Translations under genes and position numbers: made by a program
Notes under the pieces: model-generated
Databases searched by the model: none
The model's input: the letters and a program-made list of their open reading frames with translations, nothing else
Told to the model about the DNA's origin: nothing
NCBI GenBank assembly: GCA_037444445.1
Contig: JBBIMK010000007.1
Coordinates: forward strand, 30,001 to 62,000
Direction: 5' to 3'
DNA length: 32,000 nt
Source: a bacterium
GTDB lineage: Bacteria; UBP7; UBA6624; JBBIMK01
Part shown: positions 7,780 through 17,209 of the stretch, in pieces
Layout of the letters: the number at the start of each line of letters is the position of its first letter
Position numbering within the stretch: the first letter of the stretch is position 1

Positions 7780-8859
7780 TTATAAGCCCAAAGGGGTTAA
7801 AGAAGCAAGGAATGTTTCTGCTGTTCGGCGCCAGGTGAAGGAAACCGCATGTTCAGCGGCTTCGTTTCCCATTTTTTCCCGGAGCGATTTATCCTTCAAC
7901 AAACGATGCAGAGAATGATGAAAAGAGGGTTCATCCGGGCAGAGAAAGCCAGTGACCCCATCTTTTACTAACTCGGGGTGGGCGCCCCGATTATACACTA
8001 CACAGGGCTTGCCAAAATATGCCGCTTCCATCATCGGCAGGTCAAATCCTTCCCATCGGGAGCAAGATGCATAGACATCGCTGGCAAGAAATAAAAACGG
8101 CATCCAATCCAGCCGGGCACACCGAAACACTTTTACCCCTCTCTGCGTCAGAACTTTTTCATCTTGCTCATCCCCATATCCCGCCATCACGAGGACCGCA
8201 TCCTTTTTGAGAGATTCATAATGTTGCAATAATTCCTGCACACCTTTGTAAGGCTGACGGGTAGAATTCAAGCGTCCTACATAGAGCACAATCGGTTTGC
8301 CGTCCGGTGAAAGTTTCTGACGCCACTCGTTCACCCCGCTGGCATCAGGTTTGGGATAGTGATTCACACCGTTATATAAAACCACAGATTTTCGCCTGAG
8401 AAACCCTGGCAACCGGGATAGCAAGAAGGAAGAAACAGGAAAAATTTTCTCCGCCCCCGAGATAGAAAAAAAGTAACCCATAGAAACACCGTAAAGATAA
8501 TTGAAATGTTCTCTCGGTCCAAGCCCCGATGGTGGGGAGAGGCCGTGGTCGTAAAAAACACAGGGCTTCAGGAATCTGCATAAAACGGCAAGGGGGTGGG
8601 TAACCACCCATAAGTCCGCTTTCTCATCCAGGACCCGCAAGCGCCGTATAGATTGGATGTCATAAACCGGCTGGAATATATTCAAGCCCACGGGATAAAT
8701 GCGAAGAGCATAAGATTGCCCTTCATAGGTGCCGTCTGAAAAAACCGTCCACACGGTTACGGTGTGACCCAGCGAAACCAACTCCGTCGCCAGGCGGTGA
8801 ATGGCCATATCCACACCAAATCCCAGGCGCATCCGCTCACAGAGAAATCCAATCTTCAT
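7780..8859 (-). CDS. Glycosyltransferase, GT4 (GT-B fold) family
   Basis: 359 aa. N-terminal MKIGFL...GVDMAIHRLATEL and C-terminal SRWEGFDLPMMEAAYFGKPCV (E-x7-E motif region) are typical of GT4 enzymes. Confidence 0.85.
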   Translation of the reverse strand: MKIGFLCERMRLGFGVDMAIHRLATELVSLGHTVTVWTVFSDGTYEGQSYALRIYPVGLNIFQPVYDIQSIRRLRVLDEKADLWVVTHPLAVLCRFLKPCVFYDHGLSPPSGLGPREHFNYLYGVSMGYFFSISGAEKIFPVSSFLLSRLPGFLRRKSVVLYNGVNHYPKPDASGVNEWRQKLSPDGKPIVLYVGRLNSTRQPYKGVQELLQHYESLKKDAVLVMAGYGDEQDEKVLTQRGVKVFRCARLDWMPFLFLASDVYASCSRWEGFDLPMMEAAYFGKPCVVYNRGAHPELVKDGVTGFLCPDEPSFHHSLHRLLKDKSLREKMGNEAAEHAVSFTWRRTAETFLASLTPLGL

Positions 8860-8910
8860 TCGGTCAAATGAATGCTACAATGAGGGGGCATCTCATCAGC
8901 CAGAATCCGT

Positions 8911-9741
8911 TTATTTCTTTTGCCTCATTCCAGCACCAGCGAGAGAGACTGCCTTTTGTCGCAGGAAAATCGTCAGCAGGGAGGCTCCAACAATCAGGAT
9001 GCTGAAGACCTGTGCTACGGTGATTCTATTCGCCAGCACCACGGCAGTTTCTCCCCACCGTAAATATTCCAGGAGAAAACGCTCTATGGAATAGACGATG
9101 AGATAGTAGAAAAAAAATTCCCCCTCACGCCCTTTCTTGTTCGTATAAAGCCAGTAGAAAATCACAAAAGTGGGGATGTGAACCAGCGTTTCAAATGCGG
9201 GCCAGGGGTACCGAAAACTCCCTTCCACATCCCAGGGATAGTGAACACAAACCCAGGGAGGTAGTTTCTCAGGGTTGCAAAGAATTCCATAATCATCCCG
9301 CTCATTGAGCAGACAGCCGATACGGCCGATGGCAGCCCCCAAAGGAATTGCCACGGTAAACAAATCTCCCAGACCCCACGGGGAAACTTTTTTTCTCCAG
9401 CAATAAAGTAGAAACGCCAGCATACCCCCAAAAATTGCCCCGTGTAGAGATAAACCTCCTTTCCATATCATCAACGATTCCAGCGGATGCCCCAGGTAAT
9501 ACCCGGGATTGGTGACCACGAATCCCACCCGGGTTCCCACAATCCCACCCAGAACCGTCCAGAAAAGTAAATCCGATAACATTTCATCGGAGAAGCCTCG
9601 TTTCTTCCCCAGCCGGCTAATCAGGAACATCCCTGCCAGAACACCCAGCAGAACGAACACACTGAAACTGCGAAGAACAAAAGGTCCTGCCGTGAAACCC
9701 CCTATGTGAAAAGGTCCTACACGCAGTAAAACAGGTAACAT
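8911..9741 (-). CDS. lgt: Phosphatidylglycerol--prolipoprotein diacylglyceryl transferase
   Basis: 276 aa polytopic protein with SLHGAIFGGMLA and GRIGCLLNERDDYG, corresponding to the conserved Lgt GRxGN-xxN-E-xxG block. Confidence 0.9.
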   Translation of the reverse strand: MLPVLLRVGPFHIGGFTAGPFVLRSFSVFVLLGVLAGMFLISRLGKKRGFSDEMLSDLLFWTVLGGIVGTRVGFVVTNPGYYLGHPLESLMIWKGGLSLHGAIFGGMLAFLLYCWRKKVSPWGLGDLFTVAIPLGAAIGRIGCLLNERDDYGILCNPEKLPPWVCVHYPWDVEGSFRYPWPAFETLVHIPTFVIFYWLYTNKKGREGEFFFYYLIVYSIERFLLEYLRWGETAVVLANRITVAQVFSILIVGASLLTIFLRQKAVSLAGAGMRQKK

Positions 9742-9912
9742 CTTCCCACCCCCGGTAGATTCATTTGGTAATGGGTCATCCGTTGGATATTATCTCATAA
9801 CATCCTTCCTAATTTTCCTGAAAAAAAACTTATCCTGCGAATACCCTGAAAGGACAGAAGCCTGGTTTCGGGCTGGAAAGAGGAGAGTAGAGGGAGTTTC
9901 AAGGGAAGTCGC

Positions 9913-11100
9913 TTACCCGGCGGTGAGGTTTTCAATCACGGTGGCAACGGCATTCCCCCCGCCCAGGCATAGGGTTTCCATCCCGCGTCGGAGGCGCCGA
10001 TTTTTAAGAGCGTAGGTGAGCGTCACGAGGATGCGGGCGCCACTGCAGCCGATGGGATGCCCGAGGGCAATGCCACCTCCATTGACATTCAGTTTTTCAT
10101 CCGGTATTTCCAAAGCCTTCTGAATTGCCACCATCTGTGCAGCAAACGCTTCGTTGATTTCAACAAGGTCAAAATCCGGGATTCCGAAGCCGAAACGGCG
10201 TTTCATATTTTCCAGGGCGGATAAAGGTGCCATCAGCACCCACTGGGGTTCCACGCCCCCTTCCGTCATAGCCACGATTTTAGCCATTGGAGTTAGCCCT
10301 TTACGCGACGCATAATCAGAAGAAGCGATGACGAGGGCAGCGGCACCATCATTGATGGTAGAAGAGTTTCCTGCGGTCACCATCCCATCTTTTCGGAATG
10401 CCGGAGGCAGTTGAGCCAATTTTTCCAGCGTGGTATCTTCCCGAATTCCTTCGTCCTTATCTACTGTTTTCGGGCTACCTTTCTCCCACACCTCTACGGG
10501 TAAAATTTCTTCTTTGAACCGGCCTTCACGGGTAGCGATAGCGGCGCGCATCTGGCTCCGATACGCATACGCATCCATCTCCTGGCGGCTGACGCCATAT
10601 TTTACGGCTACATTTTCCGCCGTTTCACCCATATGGACTCCGGTGTAGGCATCCTCCAGTCCGTCCCGTAGCATCACATCCAGGAGTTTAGCGTGGCCAA
10701 GCCTGCTTCCCCATCGGGCTTTATCCACGATGAAGGGAGCATTGCTCATACTTTCCATTCCACCCGCCACTGCCACTTCTGCTTCACCCAGCAAAATTTC
10801 CTGAGCGGCGAGGTTGACAGCCTTCAAGCCGGAGCCGCAGACCATATTGACGGTATAAGCGGATAGAGAAGGGGCAAGCCCTGCTTTCAGGGCCGCCTGA
10901 CGGGCAGGGTTCTGTCCCACTCCTGCCTGCAGAACATTCCCCATCACCACGAGGGAAATATCCTCCGCAGGCACGCCCGCCCTGCGCACCGCCTCTTTCA
11001 CCACCATTCCCCCCAGGTCTGTGGCTGTAAACCCGCTCAGAGCCCCCCCAAACTTGCCGCTGGGCGTCCGAACTCCCGACAAAATCACCACTTCTTTCAC
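9913..11100 (-). CDS. Acetyl-CoA C-acetyltransferase (thiolase II)
   Basis: 395 aa, GTG start. VILSGVRTPSGKFGG, active-site VNMVCGSGLKAV, NEAFAAQ, GHPIGCSGARI and C-terminal CLGGGNAVATVIE. Confidence 0.92.
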   Translation of the reverse strand: MKEVVILSGVRTPSGKFGGALSGFTATDLGGMVVKEAVRRAGVPAEDISLVVMGNVLQAGVGQNPARQAALKAGLAPSLSAYTVNMVCGSGLKAVNLAAQEILLGEAEVAVAGGMESMSNAPFIVDKARWGSRLGHAKLLDVMLRDGLEDAYTGVHMGETAENVAVKYGVSRQEMDAYAYRSQMRAAIATREGRFKEEILPVEVWEKGSPKTVDKDEGIREDTTLEKLAQLPPAFRKDGMVTAGNSSTINDGAAALVIASSDYASRKGLTPMAKIVAMTEGGVEPQWVLMAPLSALENMKRRFGFGIPDFDLVEINEAFAAQMVAIQKALEIPDEKLNVNGGGIALGHPIGCSGARILVTLTYALKNRRLRRGMETLCLGGGNAVATVIENLTAG

Positions 11101-11190
11101 TATCCTTTCGCCTCCTTTTTCATCTCCTCTTCAAGAATATAAAAACTACGGACCGGTTTATAGGATGAAAGTCAACTCTATCCCCTCTCA

Positions 11191-11313
11191 CTATCCTCGC
11201 AGTCGTTTGAACACATCTCCGATGTTAAAAGCCGGGCTCAACCATACATAAACGGCAACCGCCACAAGAATAAGTAGAATGAGGACTCCTAACAGTTTCC
11301 AATTTATTTCCAT
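11191..11313 (-). CDS. Possible 40-aa single-TM protein
   Basis: ATG at 11313 preceded by GAGGA. MEINWKLLGVLILLILVAVAVYVWLSPAFNIGDVFKRLRG. The rest of the 118-aa track ORF overlaps thiD and is discounted. Support is only ORF plus SD plus TM helix. Confidence 0.3.
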   Translation of the reverse strand: MEINWKLLGVLILLILVAVAVYVWLSPAFNIGDVFKRLRG

Positions 11314-11392
11314 TTTTTCCTCATCCACTAACATTATACTGCCCCGAAAGGGAATCCGGGAAACCACCTCAAATCCTTGAAAAGTCCGGAGG

Positions 11393-12214
11393 TCAGGACG
11401 GAGAAAAGAGAAAGAATCTATCGCCAACGGGGAAGGAGTTCTGAATAGCGTGGGTGATGAAATCCTTCGCCTGCTGAATGGCTTGCAGGAGCGGGAGATT
11501 TTTGGTAATTCCTGAAGTGATAGCCGCAGAGAAAACGCACCCTGCACCGTGAACAGAGCGGTTCAGCACCCGCACTGCCGGAAATTCATAAAAATTCTTC
11601 CCGTCGTAAAGCACATCTATGGCATAGGAGGAGTTGGAAAGATGTCCCCCTTTCACAAGAATATTCCGGGGACCTTTATCTTGAAGTATTCGGCATGCCT
11701 CTTTCACCTCCGCTACGGAACGGATGGATTGTCCAGTAAATGCTTCTGCTTCTGGAATGTTGGGAATGAGAAGGAAAGCCAGTGGGAAAAGAAATTGAAC
11801 CAGAAGGGGATGAGCCTGGGGCAGAAGAAGAGGCTCGCCAGTCCCCGCCCGTAAAATCGGGTCCACCACGAATTTTGATAGGCGGTATTTTCGGATGAGA
11901 GCAGACACAACCTCCACAACCTCCGGAGTGTAAAGCATTCCACATTTGGCAGATTCTACTTTCATATGCGTAAGAATAGCATTCAGTTGTTCAGCCACGA
12001 GGTCAGGAGGAACGGGATAGATGCCGTGAACACCGAAAGGGCTCTGAGCGGTAACGGTAGTGAGAACAGACAGGCCGTGAACTCCGAAAGAAGCGAAAGT
12101 TTTTATATCGGCTTGAATGCCTGCGCCTCCAGAAGAATCGCTACCCCCGATGGTAAGCGTTAGAGAAATGTCCCCGGGAGGCTTACGAAAAGGTTCAGCA
12201 GTGGCAAAACTCAT
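11393..12214 (-). CDS. thiD: Hydroxymethylpyrimidine/phosphomethylpyrimidine kinase
   Basis: 273 aa. LTIGGSDSSGGAGIQADIKTFASFGVHGLSVLTTVTAQ and C-terminal VHGAGCVFSAAITSG are ThiD hallmarks. ATGA overlap with rmuC. Confidence 0.9.
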   Translation of the reverse strand: MSFATAEPFRKPPGDISLTLTIGGSDSSGGAGIQADIKTFASFGVHGLSVLTTVTAQSPFGVHGIYPVPPDLVAEQLNAILTHMKVESAKCGMLYTPEVVEVVSALIRKYRLSKFVVDPILRAGTGEPLLLPQAHPLLVQFLFPLAFLLIPNIPEAEAFTGQSIRSVAEVKEACRILQDKGPRNILVKGGHLSNSSYAIDVLYDGKNFYEFPAVRVLNRSVHGAGCVFSAAITSGITKNLPLLQAIQQAKDFITHAIQNSFPVGDRFFLFSPS

Positions 12215-13344
12215 TCAGGAAACAGATGATGTTCCGTAGGCGCAGGTGCTGCAGAAACAGATTCTCCAGCGGGTAATGAAGTTTGGCTGGACTCGGATGC
12301 AGGCAGGGAGCGAAGGGTATCGAGAGAAGCCCGAATATCTGCCATCAGTCGCTTCATCTCGGAATAGGCGTTAGAAACCATGGTGACGCCTCTGGCAACG
12401 CTGTTTTCCAGCGTTTTCTCCATCTCTTCCGTGCTTCGTTCCATCTGGGAGAGATAACTCTCCAATCTTTCCACATCCACCGAGCGAGAATAGTGAAGGT
12501 GAAGTTTATAAAGAGCCAGAACATAGGGAATGGTCAGGCTGTAGGGCATTAAAAGAACGCCCTGGCGAAAGGCTTCAATGTGGGCTTTTTTACAGGCTGA
12601 ATAGGCGGAGTCTGGGATGGCGGCGATGGCCGATGGAGTGGTGGTGGCAGGGTCAATGTATTTGACCACCTCTTTCACTTTCTTTAGCACTTCTTTTTCT
12701 ATGGCTTCTTCAATCTTCTTTCGCTTTTCGGGGTCCGACTCCTCCGAAAGGGCTTCCAGAAGGGAAGATGCGGTCCACTTGGAATCAATGGGCAGGCGTC
12801 GTTTATTTGGCAGCACAAGAGCGAATTCTACCGGCTTGTTATCCACCCTGAAATCATATTCCACCATCCCCGGGGGTAGCTGTTTAAGGGCTTCCGCAAG
12901 GATATTTTCTCCGGATTCTCCACGGCTTCTGCTGCCAGCAAGAACCGATTCAATACGCTGAGTGGCGCGACGAATTTCTTCCTCTTCTTTTTTTCTTGCC
13001 TCGTATTCCGCTTTTAGCCCGTCTATCACACTTTTTACGCCCTGAATATCTTTCATTAAACTCTCCTTCACGGAGCCCGAGGCCTCCACAAGTTTGGTTT
13101 GAACCCCGGTGAGTGCCTGTTCTAATGAAGTGAGTTTATCCTGAAATCGGGGCTGTTCCTGCGCCAGCCTTTCCACCTGAGATTTCAATGCTGGAATCTC
13201 TTTCAGGGATTCCAGCAATGGCAGTAACAGGGATTCCACAGGAGAAGGACGGGGCTTCCTGAAGAGAAGAAAGAGAATCCATAGAAAAATGGCACCCACC
13301 GCGAAAAACACGGCGAGGATAAGAGCCACATAAGAGTCATTCAT
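12211..13344 (-). CDS. rmuC: RmuC-family DNA recombination protein
   Basis: 377 aa. N-terminal TM helix, long coiled-coil, then VEFALVLPNKRRLPIDSKW and a downstream region resembling the RmuC nuclease-like domain. Confidence 0.65.
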   Translation of the reverse strand: MNDSYVALILAVFFAVGAIFLWILFLLFRKPRPSPVESLLLPLLESLKEIPALKSQVERLAQEQPRFQDKLTSLEQALTGVQTKLVEASGSVKESLMKDIQGVKSVIDGLKAEYEARKKEEEEIRRATQRIESVLAGSRSRGESGENILAEALKQLPPGMVEYDFRVDNKPVEFALVLPNKRRLPIDSKWTASSLLEALSEESDPEKRKKIEEAIEKEVLKKVKEVVKYIDPATTTPSAIAAIPDSAYSACKKAHIEAFRQGVLLMPYSLTIPYVLALYKLHLHYSRSVDVERLESYLSQMERSTEEMEKTLENSVARGVTMVSNAYSEMKRLMADIRASLDTLRSLPASESSQTSLPAGESVSAAPAPTEHHLFPE

Positions 13345-13667
13345 GCTTTTTCTTTTTTGTGCCTCCCTCTTACAGGTCGCGGTTTTTTGCCCGAGGAATT
13401 GGAACGACCCCTATCAGAAACCGGGAGCAGTTCAAAGGAGTATTTTTCTATCACAGGGTTGGCAAGCAATTTTCTACACATTTCATCCAGTTGTTTTTCA
13501 GCCCTTGTGCGGTCGGGTGCCTTCAATTGAAGGCGTATATATTTCCCTACACGAACCTCCTCAACCCCGGTAAAATTGAGAGTTTTCAGGGCATTGCGAA
13601 CCACCTGTCCCTGTGGGTCCAAAACCTCTTCTTTCAATAAAATATAAACCTTCCCTTCAAAGAACAT
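13341..13667 (-). CDS. purS: Phosphoribosylformylglycinamidine synthase subunit PurS, with basic C-terminal tail
   Basis: The first ~85 aa (KVYILLKEEVLDPQGQVVRNALKTLNFTGVEEVRVGKYIRLQL) match PurS. About 24 extra Lys/Arg-rich residues follow. Confidence 0.8.
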   Translation of the reverse strand: MFFEGKVYILLKEEVLDPQGQVVRNALKTLNFTGVEEVRVGKYIRLQLKAPDRTRAEKQLDEMCRKLLANPVIEKYSFELLPVSDRGRSNSSGKKPRPVRGRHKKEKA

Positions 13668-13778
13668 CCGATTCCATTTTACACCCGTAGAATAAATTCT
13701 ACACCCATCAAAATGCGGAATACTGAATCAGTGGGGGATGGATAACCACCCGCTAAAGGGGGATACCGGGAAAAAAGT

Positions 13779-15488
13779 TCAGGGGCGTGAGTGATGGAGG
13801 ATTTTGAGGAGTTTGGGAAGGGGATATGAATTGAGGACGGCAGAAGGCTCCAGCCAGGCTCTTCTGGCGGTGTGAACGCCGAAACGAATGAGGGCAAACT
13901 CCCCCGGTGTGTGGGTGTCAGTGCCGATGAAGATAGGGATGCCGAGACGAAATGCTTCCCGTAAATTCACATCATTTAGGTCCAGGCGCATGAAGTGAGC
14001 ATTGAGTTCCAGGAATTTACCATATTCAGCCGCCACCTTCATCACTTGAGTTAAATCCACGGGATAGGGCTCCCGCTTTCCAATTAGCCTGCCGGTGGGG
14101 TGAGCGAATCCGTGAACGAGAGGATGGCGCAGGGCTTGCAAGATTCGGGGAGTGGTGTCCTTCGCACTCCACTGATGGATGCTCACGATTACAAAATCCA
14201 ACTGCCTCAGAATTTCATCGGGGTAATCCAGGGAGCCGTCAGAGTTAATGTCCACCTCGGCTCCCTTCAGGATATGAATTTTGCCGAGGTGGTTGAGGGC
14301 ATCCACCTCGGCCCATTGTTTTTTTAAGCGTTCGGGCTCCACACCGTGAGCGTATTTCGCGCCGCCTGAATGGTCTGTCAGCGCCACATACTCGTAGTGC
14401 AACCCGGCGGCATATTCCGCCACTTCCGCCACGCTCATCGTGCCGTCGGAATAGTTAGAATGCACATGCACATCCCCGCGAATATCTTTCATCTCCAGGA
14501 GGTGAGGCAGGTGACCTGCCAGGGCGGCTTCCACTTCTCCTGCATCCTCACGAAGCTCCGGCGGGATATAGGGTAAGCCCACTCGCTCATAGACTTCTTC
14601 CTCGGTTCTCACGGGGATGCGTCTGTCCCCCTTCTGGAAGCCATATTCGCTGAGGGATAAACCCCTTTTTTGGGCAAGGGTGCGGACTTTCACATTGTGG
14701 TCCTTGGAGCCTGTGAAATAAGCCAGGGCAGCTCCGTAAGATTCATCTTCCACGACTCGGAGGTCAACCTGAATGCGTCCCTCCCAGTGGATTGTGGCTT
14801 TCGTTTCGCCAGCAGCCAGCACTTCACTCACGCCTTTCAGGGCGGTAAATTTTTCCATCACCGACTTTGGGTTTTCCGTCGTAACCAGAATATCAATATC
14901 TCCGATGGTTTCTTTCCATCGGCGAAGGGAGCCCGCCACAGCGATTTGCTTCACCCCTTTTGCGGTTTTTAGCTCCGATAAAATATCCTCTGCAATGGGG
15001 AGGGCTTCACCGATGGGAAGCCTCACGCCCGCCTTCTCCAAAAACGCTATGCCTTTTATCATCTTCTCACACTTCTTCTTGCCCATGCCCGGGAGTTCCG
15101 CCAGAGCGCCGGAGTTCAATACCCGCTTAAAATCATCCAGGTTTTTTACGCCCATTTTTTCATACACCAACTTCACAGTCTTGGGTCCCACATCCGGTAT
15201 CCTCAGAAGGTCGAATAAACCTGACGGAAGGCTATTTACCTCTTCCTCATATTTTCTCATCTTTCCCGTAGCCAGATATTCCTTGATTTTCTCCGCAATC
15301 TCTTTCCCTATGCCTGGAATCTCCTGGAGAGTATCCTCCTGAGCATAGATGGAAATATCCTTCGGCAAATCACCGAGCACTCGTGCCACTTTCCGGTAGG
15401 CGAGGATTTTGAACATATTCTCACCCTTAATTTCCAGAGCATCTGCAATCCGTTGAAACATCTTCGCCAGTGTTTTGTTCATTTCCAA
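13779..15488 (-). CDS. polX: Family X DNA polymerase with C-terminal PHP domain (PolX)
   Basis: 569 aa. N-terminal helix-hairpin-helix region (FQRIADALEIKGENMFKILAYRKVARVL, IPGIGKEIAEKI), nucleotidyltransferase GSLRRWKETIGDIDILV, PHP motif GDVHVHSNYSDG. Confidence 0.9.
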   Translation of the reverse strand: MEMNKTLAKMFQRIADALEIKGENMFKILAYRKVARVLGDLPKDISIYAQEDTLQEIPGIGKEIAEKIKEYLATGKMRKYEEEVNSLPSGLFDLLRIPDVGPKTVKLVYEKMGVKNLDDFKRVLNSGALAELPGMGKKKCEKMIKGIAFLEKAGVRLPIGEALPIAEDILSELKTAKGVKQIAVAGSLRRWKETIGDIDILVTTENPKSVMEKFTALKGVSEVLAAGETKATIHWEGRIQVDLRVVEDESYGAALAYFTGSKDHNVKVRTLAQKRGLSLSEYGFQKGDRRIPVRTEEEVYERVGLPYIPPELREDAGEVEAALAGHLPHLLEMKDIRGDVHVHSNYSDGTMSVAEVAEYAAGLHYEYVALTDHSGGAKYAHGVEPERLKKQWAEVDALNHLGKIHILKGAEVDINSDGSLDYPDEILRQLDFVIVSIHQWSAKDTTPRILQALRHPLVHGFAHPTGRLIGKREPYPVDLTQVMKVAAEYGKFLELNAHFMRLDLNDVNLREAFRLGIPIFIGTDTHTPGEFALIRFGVHTARRAWLEPSAVLNSYPLPKLLKILHHSRP

Positions 15489-15522
15489 CTCTACCTAACC
15501 CATTTATTATTATATCGCTCGG

Positions 15523-15551
15523 TTGACAATTTCAGTCAGAAGAGTTAGAGT
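15523..15551 (+). promoter_or_regulatory. Sigma70-type promoter for the RRM protein gene
   Basis: TTGACA (15523-15528), 17-nt spacer, TAGAGT (15546-15551). Implies a leader of about 125 nt. Confidence 0.5.
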
Positions 15552-15683
15552 GTATGGTGTTGGGCTCAGGGTCGAGCCAGAAAGAGTGAAATTTTCGGCT
15601 TTCTCCCGTGCCTGCGAGAAAAAAGTGAAAAAAAATGAAAAAAACGGCTGAGGAAGCCGAAAAAAAATTCAAGGAGGGCGAAG

Positions 15684-15992
15684 ATGCCCAGTAATAAACT
15701 GTATGTAGGTAATCTTTCCTACGAGGTGAGTGAACAGGACCTCTCAACACTGTTCAGCAATGCAGGGAGTGTGACTTCTGCGAAGATTATCACGGACCGG
15801 ATGTCCGGGCGATCCAAGGGCTTCGGATTCGTAGAAATGGCAACCGAGGAAGAAGCACAGAAGGCGATAGCCATGTATAATGGTTACGCCCTGAAAGGGA
15901 GGGAGCTGAAAGTCAACGAGGCACGACCCCAGGCACCCCGTGGAGAGTTTAAGCCCCGCTCGGGATTCCGGGGTGGCCGTTCTCGCTTCTAA
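15684..15992 (+). CDS. RRM-type (RNP-1/RNP-2) RNA-binding protein with Arg/Gly-rich tail
   Basis: 102 aa. RNP-2 LYVGNL, RNP-1 KGFGFVEM, C-terminal RSGFRGGRSRF. GGAGG 6 nt upstream of the ATG. Confidence 0.9.
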   Translation: MPSNKLYVGNLSYEVSEQDLSTLFSNAGSVTSAKIITDRMSGRSKGFGFVEMATEEEAQKAIAMYNGYALKGRELKVNEARPQAPRGEFKPRSGFRGGRSRF

Positions 15993-16008
15993 ACCTCTAC
16001 ACCTCCTG

Positions 16009-16033
16009 AAACATCATCCATCGGATGTTGTTT
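16009..16033. terminator. Hairpin between convergent RRM gene and rlmN
   Basis: AAACA-T-CATCC / ATC loop / GGATG-T-TGTTT: 10 bp with one T-T mismatch, in the 49-nt gap between the two stop codons. Confidence 0.4.
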
Positions 16034-16041
16034 ATCGTGAA

Positions 16042-17148
16042 TTAGCCTCGACAGAGGGGAGGTTTATCTTCCTGTAAGAGCATACATCGGGGCGTAGTTC
16101 CACCGCCCAACTGCCCGCAGGCTCCGTAGATGTCCTGCCCCCGGCTCTGCCGAATATAAGCAGGAAAGCCATGCTCACGAACCGTCTGCGCAAAAGCCCT
16201 TACCCGACTGAAATCGGGACGGCGAAAAGACAACCCGGGGTAGTGATGGAACGGAATCAAATTGATTTTTCCTTTGACGCCCGCTAACACCCTGCAAAGC
16301 TCAATAGCATCCTGGACAGAGTCATTCACCTGACCGAGGAGAACATATTCCAGTAGCAAACGCCCTCCGTGAGGTAAAGGATATCTGCTCAAGCATTCCA
16401 CAAGAGCATCCAGGGGATATTTTTTTGCAATGGGCATCAAGGACTCTCGCAAAGCCTGGTGAGGAGCATTGATGGAAACGGCAAGATTCAGTTCCGGCAT
16501 ATCCTTTTTCATTTGTTGAATGCCTGGAATCACCCCCGCCGTAGAAATGGTGATATTCCGGGCGGAGAAGTTGAATCCCGCATCTGCCCTCAGAATTTCT
16601 ACTGCCTTCTTCACCTGTTCATAATTCATCAAGGGCTCACCCATGCCCATAAATACCAGGCGCTGGATCCGGCGGGGTAAAACCGCCCGTTGAACACTCA
16701 CCACCTGCTCTACGATTTCTTCCGCTTTTAGATTTCGCTGAAACCCCATCAAGCCCGTGGCGCAGAAAACGCAGGCAAGGGGACAACCTGCCTGTGATGA
16801 AAGGCAAAGCGAATGCCCACCCTTACGAGAAGGCATAAAAACAGTTTCTATCTTTAACCCATCTTCCAGTTGAAATAGAAATTTCTCACTACTATCCGTG
16901 GATGTCACTCGCTGGATAATTTTCAATGAAACACTCTGGAATCCACCTGCCAATATGGCACGCGAAGGCTTTCCTATCTCTTGTAGACAGATAGATTCCG
17001 GTTGAAGGTCTCTATACAGGGAATGAAAAATTTTTAAAGCCAGAGAAGCGCTCACTCCCATCACACTCAGATGGCTTTGAAGTTCCAGGAAATTTAGTGA
17101 TTTTAATGCAGGCCGTTCCTGGAAATGAACTTTCATCATCTCCCTCAT
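16042..17148 (-). CDS. rlmN: 23S rRNA/tRNA adenine-C2 methyltransferase RlmN (radical SAM)
   Basis: 368 aa. Radical SAM CPLACVFCATG, GMGEPLMNY, later GACGQL with the conserved C-terminal Cys. Confidence 0.9.
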   Translation of the reverse strand: MREMMKVHFQERPALKSLNFLELQSHLSVMGVSASLALKIFHSLYRDLQPESICLQEIGKPSRAILAGGFQSVSLKIIQRVTSTDSSEKFLFQLEDGLKIETVFMPSRKGGHSLCLSSQAGCPLACVFCATGLMGFQRNLKAEEIVEQVVSVQRAVLPRRIQRLVFMGMGEPLMNYEQVKKAVEILRADAGFNFSARNITISTAGVIPGIQQMKKDMPELNLAVSINAPHQALRESLMPIAKKYPLDALVECLSRYPLPHGGRLLLEYVLLGQVNDSVQDAIELCRVLAGVKGKINLIPFHHYPGLSFRRPDFSRVRAFAQTVREHGFPAYIRQSRGQDIYGACGQLGGGTTPRCMLLQEDKPPLCRG

Positions 17149-17188
17149 AATTATATGTTATGGGAGGGAACAGGCCCTTCTCGCATTA

Positions 17189-17197
17189 TGATATACT
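17189..17197 (+). promoter_or_regulatory. Extended -10 element TGATATACT
   Basis: TG-A-TATACT ending 12 nt before the ATG at 17210, with no Shine-Dalgarno sequence between. Implies a very short leader. Confidence 0.4.
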
Positions 17198-17209
17198 TCT
17201 ATACCAGAG

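Noticed and set aside
11314-11547. Upstream part of the 118-aa ORF 11191-11547
   Set aside because: It overlaps the 3' end of thiD in another frame. Only the terminal 40 codons, with their own ATG and GAGGA, are plausible.
12211-13344. RmuC as part of a defence or mobile island
   Set aside because: It is translationally coupled between purS and thiD. There are no restriction-modification, integrase or repeat signatures.
14670-15342. 100-aa and 189-aa plus-strand ORFs antisense to polX
   Set aside because: They overlap a strongly supported PolX gene. They have no recognisable motifs or translation signals.
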